NCBI RefSeq assembly: GCF_964204645.1
Contig: NC_134028.1
Location: 4,712,001 to 4,776,000, forward strand
Direction: 5' to 3'
DNA from: Tubulanus polymorphus
Lineage: Eukaryota; Animalia; Nemertea
DNA length: 64,000 bases
The notes beneath the pieces are model-generated. The model worked only from the letters and a program-made list of their open reading frames with translations, searched no databases and had not been told where the DNA came from. How positions within the stretch are numbered: position 1 is the stretch's first letter; each line of letters begins with the position of its first letter. Both the position numbers and the translations under genes were made by a program. Below are positions 1-13,237 of the stretch, in pieces.

Positions 1-441
1 AAAACAGTGGAATTGCATTGCTACAAATAAATAAATTATTCACAGCAATTATGTGTCGTGTCATGTGATGTTGATCGGTTTTTCGACTGTGGATGTTTCG
101 TAGAGGACCACGTATGAAACGTGAAACACGTCTTCTCCTTGTCGTGTGTGTTGGACTTCATATTTATTCACGTTTCAAGATACAAAACAAATCAATTTAT
201 TTATTGTTAGTCAATTCAACGCTTGAATGAGTGTATATGTCATTAGGTTTTTATCAAACGATGGAAATCAATAAGGAATCTTCGGTCGCTTTCCTAATTT
301 CTGATATGTGGGGGACTAAGAATCAAGATGAAAGTTTATTGCAAATGAGCTACTAGTTAAATTTGATACGCACGCAATCTAGCGAATATGGTCTGACGTA
401 AAGGATGTTTTAGATTAAAGTGAAAATCATTTTATTTACAG

Positions 442-3400
442 ACGTACATAATGAGAAAGATGAAGGACCTTACTATACACACCTCGGTGCCGCTCGGGAT
501 ATACCAACAATCCGTAAAATAATGGAAAACAGGTAAAAACAACTCTTCTCAACTGAGTCTGGTTGAGACCACACTGGGCTCAGACCATACCGGGCTCAGA
601 CTGAGTCTGGGTCAGACCACACTGGGGTCAGACTGAGTCTGGCTCAGACCACACCGGGTCAGACTGAGTCTGGCTCAGACCACACCCGGCACAGACGAGT
701 CTGGCTCAGACCACACCAGGCGCAGACTGTGTCTGGCTCAGACCACACCGGGCGCAGACTGTGTCTGGCTCATCAAATATCTCTAAAATTAATGAATTTA
801 TCATTGAAATTACGTACATTTATAGGTTTCAAGAAGCGGGCAACGCTATCAGAATTGAAAAGGTGATATATACCGGAAAAGAAGGCAAGAGTACTCAGGG
901 ATGTCCTGTAGCTAAATGGGTATGTACAACAACTTATCAATATTCATCCAGTTCCTCAGATCAGTTAGGATTGACTTAGCTAAAATCTGTTCATTTTTTG
1001 ATGGATTAACTTTTTAAGAGTCGAACTTGAACCATGCGGGAATTAAGATTTAACTTAAGATCATACGAAAATCACTAAACTGAATAATGTCTGATAAGTT
1101 TCCAACTAGTAGTTATTTAGAATAATAGCGTTAGCTCAAGGACACTTCTCAGACTTTTTCATTCTTATTGCTGGATATTCTATATAATGCTTACAACATG
1201 TTTCATCAATGGTTGTAATTGTAGATAATTCGTCGGTCCGGACCGGAGGAGAAAGTGCTGGTCGTCGTTCGTCATCGTTCCGGTCATTTCTGTGAGACGG
1301 CAGTAATAATCGTATCGATCGTTGCGTGGGAAGGAGTCCCCAGTCAACAAGCCGATGATTTATATTCATTTCTAACTCGTGTTTTACCTGTTTACGGTAA
1401 TGAAACTGAGAGAAGATGCGGCGCTAATGAACAGTAAGTTTCTATCTATTATTTATAGGGATTTATACGATGAGTGCTCTTCTGAAAATAACCAATGAAA
1501 AACAAACAAGATGATTGAAATATTACTCAAAGAGATTTTACTCGAATTGAAAGCCCGGCTTAGATTGCGTGAAATTGCCTTGTAATTATTAAGTAACGAT
1601 AGATGTAATTCTGACTACCACTTACTACACTTTAAAGTAATCACTTCTCTTTTAGATATAAAAGTATGCCTAAAATAAGATTCATTTTCAATTGAACAAC
1701 TATTTTTGATGTCAAGTTATATCTCATTTATAGTGAAAACTACTGCCCAAAAGAAATGGTAGATAGTCAATTCTGTATATGAATATCTGTTGTTTATGTC
1801 GAAATAGGAAAACGTGCGCATGTCAAGGTTTTGAGGGAAGTACTTCCGGTGCTAGTTTCTCGTTCGGCTGTTCGTGGAGCATGTTTTTCAACGGGTGTAA
1901 ATTCGCTAAGAGTAAACAAGCGAACAAATTCAAATTGAAAGACACGACTTTCGTAAGTATTCGTCAATTTCACATTTGAATGAATTCTAATGACTTCGAT
2001 GCATGAAAATATTCTCAGGTTTCCGAATTTATTTCGCAGGAATTAGATGTCGAACACAAACTACAGGCTCTTGCCACTGATGTCGGGCCTTTATACAAGA
2101 AAATAGCTCCCGACGCTTATAATAATCAAGTATGTATAATTCTTTAACGGAGCCCCAGTTGAATGTAGAAGTTGTTTTCATGTATTTTCATCATTATTCA
2201 TCTGTTATTTCAGGTATGTTTTGAAGGTCAGGCTGATGACTGTCGGCTGGGGTATAAACCGGGACGTCCATTTTCTGGAGTTACAGCGTGTATGGATTTC
2301 TGCGCTCATTCTCATCGCGATATTCATAATATGAACAATGGAAGCACAGTCGTAAGTTTTCCCCGTATAATATCGAAAGACACACATTCAACCAACTCAA
2401 CCTAGTTCGACAGTTAACCTTTCACTCTTGAAACACATTGGATGATAAAACCCCTTAAAGATTTAAATTGTTTTTGGTTTCCATTTTCTCAGGGTTTCGA
2501 TTAATGCCAAAAACTAATGTTTTTCACTTCAACTCTAGTTAAACTTAACAACAGCTGAGGAACTGAATGCCGTTAAGGCAAAAATTTGAGTTCAACTTTT
2601 TCATCAAATTGAAGCTCTATCTTGATACTATACTCGTTAAAAACTGATGGTCAATTCTGGAATTTTACTACTAGCTTCATCAAATTCCTTTAGTGTTATA
2701 CATTAAGATGTAAACTGTATTGTGCGGTTGTGTATTGATACTAAATTGTTAACGGTGACTGATTTAGTGTTATTTATATTGTATTTTAGGTCGTTACGTT
2801 AACGAAACATCGTGGATTCGGTAAAGCAGAGGACGAACAACTACACGTCCTACCATTATATGTGTTAGACCCGACAGGTGAACACGGCAACCCGGACGGG
2901 GTCAATGAAAAAATCCGAAACGGCTCTCTCGAAGTGTTAAAATCCTACCGCACGGTGACGCGCGTCCGAGGAGTTCGAAAAACACCGAAAAAACGTAAAA
3001 ACACGCAGAAAAAAGATAAAGAAAGTCCGGGATCCGCGAATAAGAAGAGTCCAGCGGCGGGGACTCCTTCGAAATGTGACGACGAATCGCGATCAGAAAA
3101 CTGCGCGGCAAAACGTGATTTATTCCAAGAGAAAGGAGAACGTCCGACTGAATCTCAGTCGGATATCGACTGGTCAATGATGCAGTGGAAAGGAATGAAT
3201 CAAATGACTCCGAATCCATTCGGTATGATGATGGGTGGATTAGCGCATTTTGCACCTGTACCGCAAGCCGCACCCGCGCAAAAACCGATACACCCGGCGT
3301 TCGGCGTGAACCACACGACTCGAATGATGAATCCGTTTTTCCCGATGGGTAATTTCACGTCTCCGTATCAAACCGGTTTTGATATTCTAAACTCGGCGCC

Positions 3401-6400
3401 TAAACCGACCGAGGGGCCTCCGAAGAAAAAACGCGGCCGAAAACCGAAAGATCCGAATGCGCCCCCGAAACCGAGATTAAAAACTCCTTTCTCCGCGACT
3501 CCAGCCGTGGCGGGTATGATGAATCACCGGTTCAATCATCCGCAGACTCAATTCCGTGGAGCGATGCCTCAAACACCTGACACCCCACTACAGCAGCATG
3601 GCGCGATCGTACCTCATACTCCGTATAATATAAACTCTAATCAGACACCGGTTATGAGCACTCCTAAAATACAGACAACTCCACCATCTAATAAACCGGA
3701 GCTACCGGAGGCAACTGCACTAACTGTCAGGGGTATGAATGATTCAAATGCACTGACTCTCAGAGGTATGAATGAGTCCGCTGCTGAACTGTGGAATTCA
3801 ACGTCCAATAATCAAATATCGAAAAATAACGAAATTGCCGTTCATGGTTATGGTGGACAATTAACGAACGAAAATCGAATACAATCAAACATTCCTAACA
3901 TTACCCCGCTCGGAGATAAACCACCGGTCCCTGGTGGTCTCGATTCTGGGAGTCTTCCAGGAGTCGTATTATCGCTACAAGATCAGCAGCAACAAGGAGC
4001 TGAAGTTGTCGCTAAATTAACAACGGATCAGTTTCCTATAGACTCCATGGATAAACCATCAAATGCAGCGGCATCTGAGTGTGCTGGTACGGATCCGAAT
4101 GTAGCTGCTCGTGCTGATACAGATCCCAATGTAGCTGCTTGTGCTGGTACAGATCCCAATGTAGCTACTCGTGCTGATACAGATCCCAATGTAGCTGCTC
4201 GTGCTGGTACAGATCCCAATGTAGCTGCTGGTGCTGGTACAGATCCGTACAAATTTAATGTATCTCCTGAATTGAAGCCGAAGCGGAGAGGTCGTAAACC
4301 GCTCAGTGATTTCAGTCCGGCAGAAATAACAGCATTTAACGTCCGCCTGAGTAAAATATTTGACGAGGTTTGTGACGTAGATTATGTGCTTCCGTCCGTA
4401 GGTCCGAATCAGCGACCTTCACCGGGTCTTCAGCGACCTTCACCGGGTCCTCAACAACCTTCATCTAGTCATAATCATCAACACGCAGTATTCAACCAGC
4501 AACAGCTGAATTCATCAATGACGTCGTCTCAACAACAATACCACTACAACGAATCTATTCAACAGCTCAATTCACATCTGATTGCATCACAACCAGCAAG
4601 TCAGCAGCTACTGGCTAGTCAACAGCTACCAGCCAATTCAAATCAACTGCTGCAATCCAATTCTCTTCAGCCGTTACAATCCAATCAGCGGCTGATGATG
4701 GATGGTGCGTCGACGATCAGCTCAACTAGTGATACACAGCCTGTGATGTCCGTCGCTTATCAACCAGCTCTGGATGTTTCTGAAATGCCGCCTGCATTTA
4801 CCCGTTGTCGTTCTACTACTGCACCTGATGCACCAGCTGCGTATCGACATTCATTCACACCACCACATACTGATACTAGTAATAAGACAACGGCAGCATT
4901 ACACTGGCAGAGATTACAACCATCATCAGAGATATCGATGAGAGATCCGTCTACAGAGACACTGAGGAGAGATCCGTCTACTGAGATATTGATGAGAGAT
5001 CCGTCTGCTGAGATATCGATGAGAGATCCGTCTGCCGAGATATCGATGAGAGATCCGTCTACAGAGACATTGAGGAGAGATCCGTCTGCTGAGATATCGA
5101 TGAGAGATCCGTCTGCTGAGATATCGATGAGAGATCCGTCTACTGAGACATTGAGGAGAGATCCGTCTGCCGAGATATCGATGAGAGATCCTTCTACAGA
5201 GACATTGAAGAGAGATCCGTCTCCTGAGATATCGATGAGAGATCCGTCTGCCGAGATATCGATGAGAGATCCTTCTACAGAGACATTCAAGAGAGATCCG
5301 TCTGCTGAGATATCGAAGAGAGATTCGATTGTACAGATTAATGGGATAAGTTCACCTTTGCCTGGAAATACCCCTTACACTTTACCTACATCAGTAGAAA
5401 CAAGTAAACCATTAACACCTACAAACTGGCAGCAGAATACTTCACCACAAATGTACAGCACATCTTCAGTAGGGATGAGTGTTACTGAATCGAAGGAGTC
5501 AAACACAAATACAAATGTGAATACTCAAAACAACTCATCATATCCTGCATATAGCAGTGAATATTCAATAAAACAACCTTCAAAAAGTCCCACTACTGAC
5601 CAACCAAAAAGTGCTACAAACGAGACTGTTAGTTCTACCGAAGAAGCTGTGAGTTCTACAGACCAAGCTGTGGTTTCTACAGACCAGGCTTTGGGTGCTA
5701 CAAACCAGGCTGCGGGTTCAACAGACCAGACTATGGGTTCTACAAACCAGGCTGTGGGTTCAACGGACGAGGCTGCGTGTTCTACAAATCAAGCTGCGGG
5801 TTCTACGAACCAGGCTATGGGTTCAAAAGACCAGGCTGTGGGTTCAACAGACCAGGCTGCGGGTTCTACAGACCGGGCTGCGGGTCCTACAAACCAGGCG
5901 GTGGGTTCTACAAACCAAGCTGTGGGTTCTTCAGACCAGGCTGCAAGTTCTACAAATCAAGCCGTGGGTTCTACAAACCAGGCTGTGGGTTCTACAGACC
6001 AGTCTGCTAGTTCAACAGTCCTTCCCATGACTTCGGTAAATGAGCCTGTGCCTACTACAGTCCGGCCAATGAGTTCTATAAGCCAGCCTGTTTCTTCCAA
6101 CTCACCTACTGTTCTTCAATCGTCGATATTTTCTCCTATGAATATCAGTCGTTGCGAAACATCTTCATTAGAAACAATAAAGACAACGAAAGCGAACGAT
6201 ATTGACAATACTGGCAATAATAATAGCAATAAAAACGTCGTTGAACAACCTCGGGTGGCAGCGATTTCAACGATGTCCTCTATTCAACAGTTGGCTTATA
6301 ATTATCCGAGATTAGATAATAATTCACCGTTACCTCGAGATATATCGAATATTGATCAGAGACCCTTCACTTCACCCGCGTTAGCGCCACCTGTGAAGAG

Positions 6401-8012
6401 TTGGAGTTCATCACCCGCTGTGCTGCCACCGTTCAATATGTTTAACAGACAACCTATGAGTGAACAGCCTCTCAGTTCATTCGAAGACTGTTTAAAATCT
6501 CTTCCGTCTGTTGAGAAATTTGTTGATTCAACTGTCGCAACGACAACGGCTGCTTCTATTCCATCTGCTCATTCACATCCTTGTGAATCGTCGTCTAAAC
6601 TCAATCATCAACCGCCGCAAGAAGCGCACAAAAAACTACCGGGAATCTTCGCTATGAACCCGCTCACGAACTTTCAAGAGTTGTGCGCCGATTTCGTCAG
6701 TAAAAAACTTGAAGCCCACAACAAACCGGCAGAGAGTGCTGTTGGCAATTATGATCACGCGAATAAAACAAGCTGGTCTCAACCTCGTGGCGGGCTAGGT
6801 GCCCACAGCGGCATCACCGCTTCTCCTTTAGAAAATCTAATGAACTTCACGAATTCTTCTAATGACGGTGCTTTCGATTTGAGTAAATCGAGTCAAAATT
6901 TCCCTCATTCCGCGCCATCGGTGTCCGGTTTGTCGCCGCTGGATTTGACGAGTCAAAAACCCGTCCGTGCTAGTCAGGTTCAAGGCCAGATTGTGAACGA
7001 GCAGCAGAATAACGCTCTCAATCTCAGTAAAGCAATCACGCGATTCCCGCCGATGAAGAATGACACGGTTGTTTTAATGAATCCGTTCGATACCGATATG
7101 TTAAGTCCGCCGAATCGTTCATGTCCCCCGACGAGTCCTCGTTCGCAAACCAGTTTATACAACGCTAAACACCACGCGGCAGCGGTGGACAATACCGAGA
7201 AAATGGCATCTACACTCGCGAAAAACTGTAAAACAGAACCCAACCCCGCTTCAGGCGCGACTGTAAAAACTGAAGTATTCGATCCATACGCGTTCACCGA
7301 GACCGATTCTAAAATGAGATTCCCGTCGCAAATGGGGTTCCGAAATAATGTGAATGTGAAACCAGAATTCAACAGCGGGTCGATGTTTCATCAGCAGCAG
7401 CAGCAGCAGCAGCAGCAGAGGCAGCAAAACGTAATGTTCAACATGAATAAAGAGGCAGCAGCAATAAATCATATAAAACAAGAACAAAATAACCCGCCCC
7501 CACCGATAGTTCCGGAAGATCGAGAATATTATTCAGATAACGAGGACAGTTTCCGACGAGCTGATATAGGTGGCGTTGCGATTGCGTTGTCACACGGCGC
7601 CGTTTTATTCGAAGTCGCGAAACGCGAACTTCACGCGACCACTTCGATGAAAAAACCGAACCGTTATTTCCCGACGCGAATCAGTTTAGTTTTCTATCAA
7701 CACAAAACGTTGAACGCTCCTCACCACGGTTACGCGCTGTGGCAGGAGAAAATGGAGAATAAACGTAAAGAGCAGGAAGCGGCTGCTCGGGCTGCAGAGC
7801 TCGCCGAACAGACGGAGTTAAAGGCAAAGATGCAACAGCAGATGAAAACGGACGAAGAAATGGCGGACGTTCAGCCGTTCGAACCGCCAGAATATAAATA
7901 CCTGTGGGAGGCACCGGTAAACTACGGCACTGCACAAACTACCGAGAGCGTCATAACGCGCTGGAAAAAACCGAAATGTATAATGACCGGTCCGTACCAA
8001 ATGTGGTTCTAA
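442..8012 (+). CDS. TET: Methylcytosine dioxygenase TET (3' portion; 5' exons lie upstream of the window)
   Basis: GT-AG exons 442-532, 826-919, 1225-1433, 1808-1952, 2040-2129, 2214-2351 and 2790-8012 splice in frame. They give the TET Cys-rich motifs ([49 protein letters not shown]), the Fe-binding HxD (CAHSHRD), [11 protein letters not shown], the C-terminal DSBH half ([25 protein letters not shown]...[12 protein letters not shown]) and the GPYQMW tail. Confidence 0.97.
553..771. repeat. Intronic ~31-bp minisatellite (actgagtctggctcagaccacaccgggtcag)
   Basis: About 6-7 degenerate tandem units within a TET intron. Confidence 0.85.
4081..4247 (+). repeat. Coding 30-bp tandem repeat ([10 protein letters not shown]) in TET
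   Basis: About 5.5 in-frame units visible in DNA and protein. Confidence 0.95.
4921..5325 (+). repeat. Coding 27-bp tandem repeat (RDPSAEISM / RDPSTETLR) in TET
   Basis: About 15 in-frame units of two interspersed variants. Confidence 0.95.
5626..6015 (+). repeat. Coding 21-bp tandem repeat ([14 protein letters not shown]) in TET
   Basis: About 18 in-frame units. Confidence 0.95.
7392..7418 (+). repeat. (CAG)9 polyglutamine tract in TET
   Basis: Pure CAG run. Confidence 0.95.
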
Positions 8013-8095
8013 AACGAATCATATTTTCATATAATTCAATTTGCAATATCTGTGTGTAGAAGATAATTGACCTGTTATAATGTATACATAATTAA

Positions 8096-8128
<33 letters not shown>
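8096..8128. repeat. (ATT)n microsatellite in TET 3' UTR
   Basis: Run of attattatt just downstream of the stop codon. Confidence 0.9.
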
Positions 8129-8129
<1 letters not shown>

Positions 8130-11100
8130 ATGAGTTTATTATATACCGAGAATTTTAACTCGTTCCTTATTGGGAACTCTTAAGATGATATGTAAATAAT
8201 GCACGAATTTTAAATGAGTTTTGACGTCGAGATACAATAACTATATAATAGTTTCATGAAACTATTTGATGAATACAATTCTGTAGATCTGAACTCTCTA
8301 TCTATCTTACCCCTTCTCATTCCTCTCTCCTTTCTCTTCTTTCTTCTCTTGTATTTTTGTTGTGTATAAATCAGTTATACTAGTATTTTAGAAAATGTCC
8401 TCTTATTTGTGCTTGAAAATGGAATAGTTCTTTTTTTTATTATTCTTAGTCAGGACTGGCATTGACGATATCAATTGATAAATTATTATTTTTGCATGAA
8501 TCACGTTGTTTTCATTCTGCAATTTGATGTGATTTTAATTTGTACATATCATTAATTATGTACAAGTCAGCGCAGTTTTTTTTACTTTCATACTTCAATA
8601 TTTCAGGTTATTTGTTGACATACACTCTCCGCGCACAAGTCTATTATATTTTGTTCATTCATTCATTCGAGTTATTTGTCGCACAAATTACCCTCAATAA
8701 TCTCTTTTTAATGTTCAAATCGATTTTAAAACTTTCTACCTTTTATATTTTTGTTTTAGTCTTAAAATCATGTTATGATCTTAAATTCAATTTTAATCAC
8801 TGCAGATAACGAATGAATTTGAATGATGAAGTTGTGTGATTAATTTAAAGGACTAATCGAATATTTTTACGTTTATAAGGTGAATTCTATCTCAGAGATC
8901 TTTAATCCAGCTACAAAATAACAACATTTTATGAAAAGATCAGGGGATTTGTGAGTGTACATTATTCAGTCAATTACAGACTGACTAAAGGCAGCATAAT
9001 ACACCATCGTAATGCAAACCTATTCAATGTCTGTCTTTCAATCGTAGATTAAACCAACCATCCATAAAACAACTTGTAGTTCATAACATCAGGTACTGCA
9101 TTATTTTATACACCGGTTTAATATTCACTGTTGATGCAGGTAAAAAAATCTTTTCATGACTTGCGAATATTTTATTTTTAATCGTAATATTTGTATGTGA
9201 CATGTTTTTGTCACTTGTGTACGATAGATACAGTTGAATAATCGTAGTAAGCCACTATTTCGGAAGAATATTTTACGAATGACAATTTGGACAGAAGTGC
9301 ATCCACGAAATATGGAAGCCATTAGTGCTTACTGGGGGTTTATTGGAATTGAATTGGTGCGACTGCGTTTGAATTTTAACGTTTTTCACTGTTGAAAAAC
9401 GGCCGAATCAATTTTAACTAGTCAATAGTGATTAATTAGAAGACAACGTTTACTGATATTCTTACATCAATAAATTATTACATTACATATTATAATAATA
9501 TAATAATATTTATATTTAATAATAATACTGTAATATCTACCTCATTTTATGATAAAGAAATCATGGACCAATCAACAACATCAGGGAATTGATCTCATGC
9601 ATATTAATTAATTACATGTAAGTTTATGCGTGTGAATTGATTATTATTTCATGTTAGTATAACGTATATACTAAAGTATTGAGTAACAACCAACATGTGC
9701 AAGGTCTGATTTCATTTAGAAAATATAGAATATTTGAAATTTCAATTAACAGCTTTTCGAATCTTCATCTTTTAAATCTAGACAACAATATATAGACTAT
9801 AAAAATTGATAAAGATTGTTAAACAGGACACAGGGCTTGCACTTCGATTGAATTGTTAAATGCAGGGTTCCATCCTATTTGTGTGCTGCCATGCAGCGAT
9901 ATCATCGCAATTACGAAACTTGGTTTAACTCTTTAAACATTTGTTTAAAAAACCATGATTTTAACAATTAAATTCTGTACAAATGATTATTTATCCTATT
10001 ATTATAAGGTGTTTGGTTTATTATGTATCTTACATAAACCTTCAGTGCCTGTTTTAGTGATGAATCTTCAATTGTATTTGCCTTGTTCACCTTTCATGTT
10101 ACTGAGCGATATTTATATAGTAGATTTATAAAGGTACAAAAGGCAAATGATAATTTGTAAATAAGATTGACGTGTACTTAATTTTTAAAGAAATCGAATG
10201 ATTAAACAATTGTAAATAGAAAGGGAGACAATTATCAACAAAATCACTGCCAATTTTAATCTACTAAAGTCGTGGTCTTTGTTGTGAATTAATTAATGAT
10301 AAATTAGCGCTTGCTTGTGTATCTATATTTGCAGACTTAAGTTATTTCTCTGAAAAAAAGGAAGAAGAAAGGTTTGGAGCTTCGTCTGAATTTTTCAATA
10401 GCGAGATATTCTTGTAAATCGTTGTCAGTCTCTGCCTTTGAATTGCAGGACTCAGTTTTAAGAAGTTTCATTCTCTGTCTGTTCCAAAATATGTAGAATT
10501 TCATAAATGTGTTTAGCTATGCAATGATAACTCCTAATAGCAAGTAGACTCATTATTAACATTGAGTAAAAGTTTGTGGCTTTCTTGGATTTGCTCTTCC
10601 AGCTCTGTGAACTGTTGGCCCCTATCAACAAGTAGCAATTAGATGTAATTATGATAAGAACTGAGGCAGCAGGTCAGCCCCTAACGCAGCCATCTTTCCA
10701 AACAAATGCATTGGCGACAGTTGATAATGAAACTATTATGAATTTTGTTAGATTTGTATTTCATAGATTAGGTTCATGTGTGTATACAGTATGTATATGT
10801 TGGTTACATGTTTTATGTGTGACTACTTCGTATTTTGAATAATGATAATAATTAACTAGTTTTGTAAACTAGGCCTAAATATGTATAGAACTTGCTTTTA
10901 CAATGCAGTAAATAGTCATTGGAAATTTATTTGTACAAAAAACAAAAACAATTGTATTTAGATTGTGGCAGTAGGCCTTGTTGTTGTCCATTCTGGTAAT
11001 GTGTAGCATCTATGTTTATTAAAATATTTATTTCACCAAAATACGATTTTCTGTTGATTTTTATTTGCACCAGATTCAGGAAAGTTGAGCTTGTCTACTG

Positions 11101-11910
11101 AGTGCTGTACTTTTTGGAGGAACTGTTGGTTGATGCCTTGATTTGTGCTTATTTTTCATTCAAAAATGCCAAAAACTGCTACTTTTTGAGTTATCTGGAA
11201 AATTTTTGTTGGCATTCATTTGTGACACTTATTGTTGAACAGAGCATAACGGAATAGTTCTATGCATTAACGATTAACATGTCACGCCTAAAGTAGTAAG
11301 CTTACATGAATAATGAAAAGTGAAATGTATTGGTCCCGTGAGATATGAGGCAAGTGCAAACTACTGCGTTGGTAGAATAATGATTTATATATAATGTCTG
11401 GAACAAAAATAGAGATTTCAATTTTCTTGACGCCCCTTTGTGGTACTGGTACTGTACTTAAAAATCATGATCAAGCTAGCCGGGTTCGAACCTCCCTTAT
11501 CATCGGACTCCGCGTGATGTGAATGAGATGCATGCAGCAGTTGTTCGGAGTGAGAATTCGATTCAACATTGATTCGTTGTGCTATTTTCTGAATACTGGT
11601 ACTTCAGCTGTCACTGGGTGAATCCGGGTGTAAAAAGGGTATGGAACTGAATAATGCTCCCATAATTAACAGAATTGAGTGAAGAAACATTCAAGAACTG
11701 AAGTGACAAAGCCGGCACAAACAAACAAGCGCATGACAAAACAGCACCACCGACCCGTGACGCACGGCATTCGTTCGATTCCATTTCTTCCATCCATGCA
11801 TGATTCTATTCATTCACTTTTCATTCAATTATCATTGTGACCCTACGCATCAATCTCCGCTGACTTTCTTGTTCTAGAGTGGTGGACCAGGAGGGATGTC
11901 CATGAAGGCC

Positions 11911-12759
11911 TAGTTAGGCCTACCTAATCGTTGGTGGTAAGCTTTTATAATCGGATGGGCTTATACCAACGTTAGGGATGACAAGGACCAAAACACGGTT
12001 GAAAAAAGTAACACTTCAAAAATATACTTTCTATTCACTTCAGTCCACAATTAATGGCTTAATTCACAAACTAACACAGGTACCTTTCGAAATAATCCAA
12101 TTTTATGTATGTTTCGAGTGATTAATCAACATTATTTTGAGAAATTAATTAATTTCTCCACAAATTTCGCCATTGGCCGCCATTTCTCTGTATTGCACAT
12201 GTGGCATGATAAGACAAGGGGACCTACAAGGATTTATATAAAACTTCCAAGACGAAACGACAATTTTTATTTTTGATGGTTTTCCAACTTTTATTTCAAG
12301 TCTTCGTGTGTTCCATAATAAATAATGAAATAATAAGTTTCTGGTAAAAGAAAAATGTGAATAAGTGTTGATTTTTTAATTTTTTTAAATTTCGTCGTTT
12401 CGCTTTGTTAGTTTGTGCTGTTGTCCTGGCCTCAGTCCACAGGTGCCAGCACCTCCAGTAATTTTCAAAATGGCAGCTGTTGACTGGACGGAAATTTACT
12501 CTCACTTTACGGCCGATTTGCACATGGATTAAGATCGTCAGGTGAGGTGTTATAGGTATCAGACAAACTACGAATCTGTTGTGCGTCGATTACAACAAAA
12601 ATGAGACAGATATCTTAAGAGACAATGAAATGCCAGGCAAATTACTCGTCAGTCAAATTGGCTGACGAAGATTTCATACAAAAATGACCTTCCCATTCCT
12701 GACTGTGGTTTGTGAAAATATCCGATCGTGAAACTAAACCACAGTCAGGTTACTGACTA
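11911..12759. mobile_element. Non-autonomous hAT-like DNA transposon (~850 bp)
   Basis: Imperfect TIRs TAGTTAG(GCC)TACCT...AGGTTACTGACTA, flanked by the direct repeat ATGAAGGCC (11902-11910 and 12760-12768). Both ends are shared with the short copy at 14984-15097. Confidence 0.8.
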
Positions 12760-13237
12760 ATGAAGGCCTAGACACCTCTCCTAGAATTTTGAGGTTCAAA
12801 TTTCTCAAATATTCCGGACTGTCAATATTTTGCGAAGAAATCGATCAAAATTATGATAAAAAAACTGAAAAAAATAACATAATTGTTGGGGCATTAGCTA
12901 TTTTACCAATTCAAGAAGATCTGGAAAATCATTGTGTAGGCCATTGTGAACAACGCAATTGCAGCGAAGCTTGACTCCTTTACATAATTCACCAAAAATG
13001 AGAAGGCCTTAGTTTCATGAAACGATGAATATGATTTTGAATAATGTTCTGTAATGAACATTTTTTTGGTGAGAGATATTGGTGGTGCCCTGTCCCCACC
13101 TTCGTCTCAAACCCTCGTGAAGATTTTCCTCAAAATACATTAGCATACTACACTGCCACCCTGCCCCTTTTACATCTATATCATGGTGTTTTAACATTGT
13201 TTTGTGTTTAGGTAGAGAGAGGCAGAGGATCGGAAAG

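Noticed and set aside
4028-6030. Antisense and alternate-frame ORFs over TET (e.g. the Cys/Gly-rich 5777-6010)
   Set aside because: Shadows of in-frame tandem repeats in the TET exon.
8540-11050. Short ORFs downstream of TET
   Set aside because: AT-rich 3' UTR-like sequence without splice or homology support.
11911-12759. Transposase gene within the hAT-like element
   Set aside because: No long ORF or DDE/BED motifs; the element is non-autonomous.
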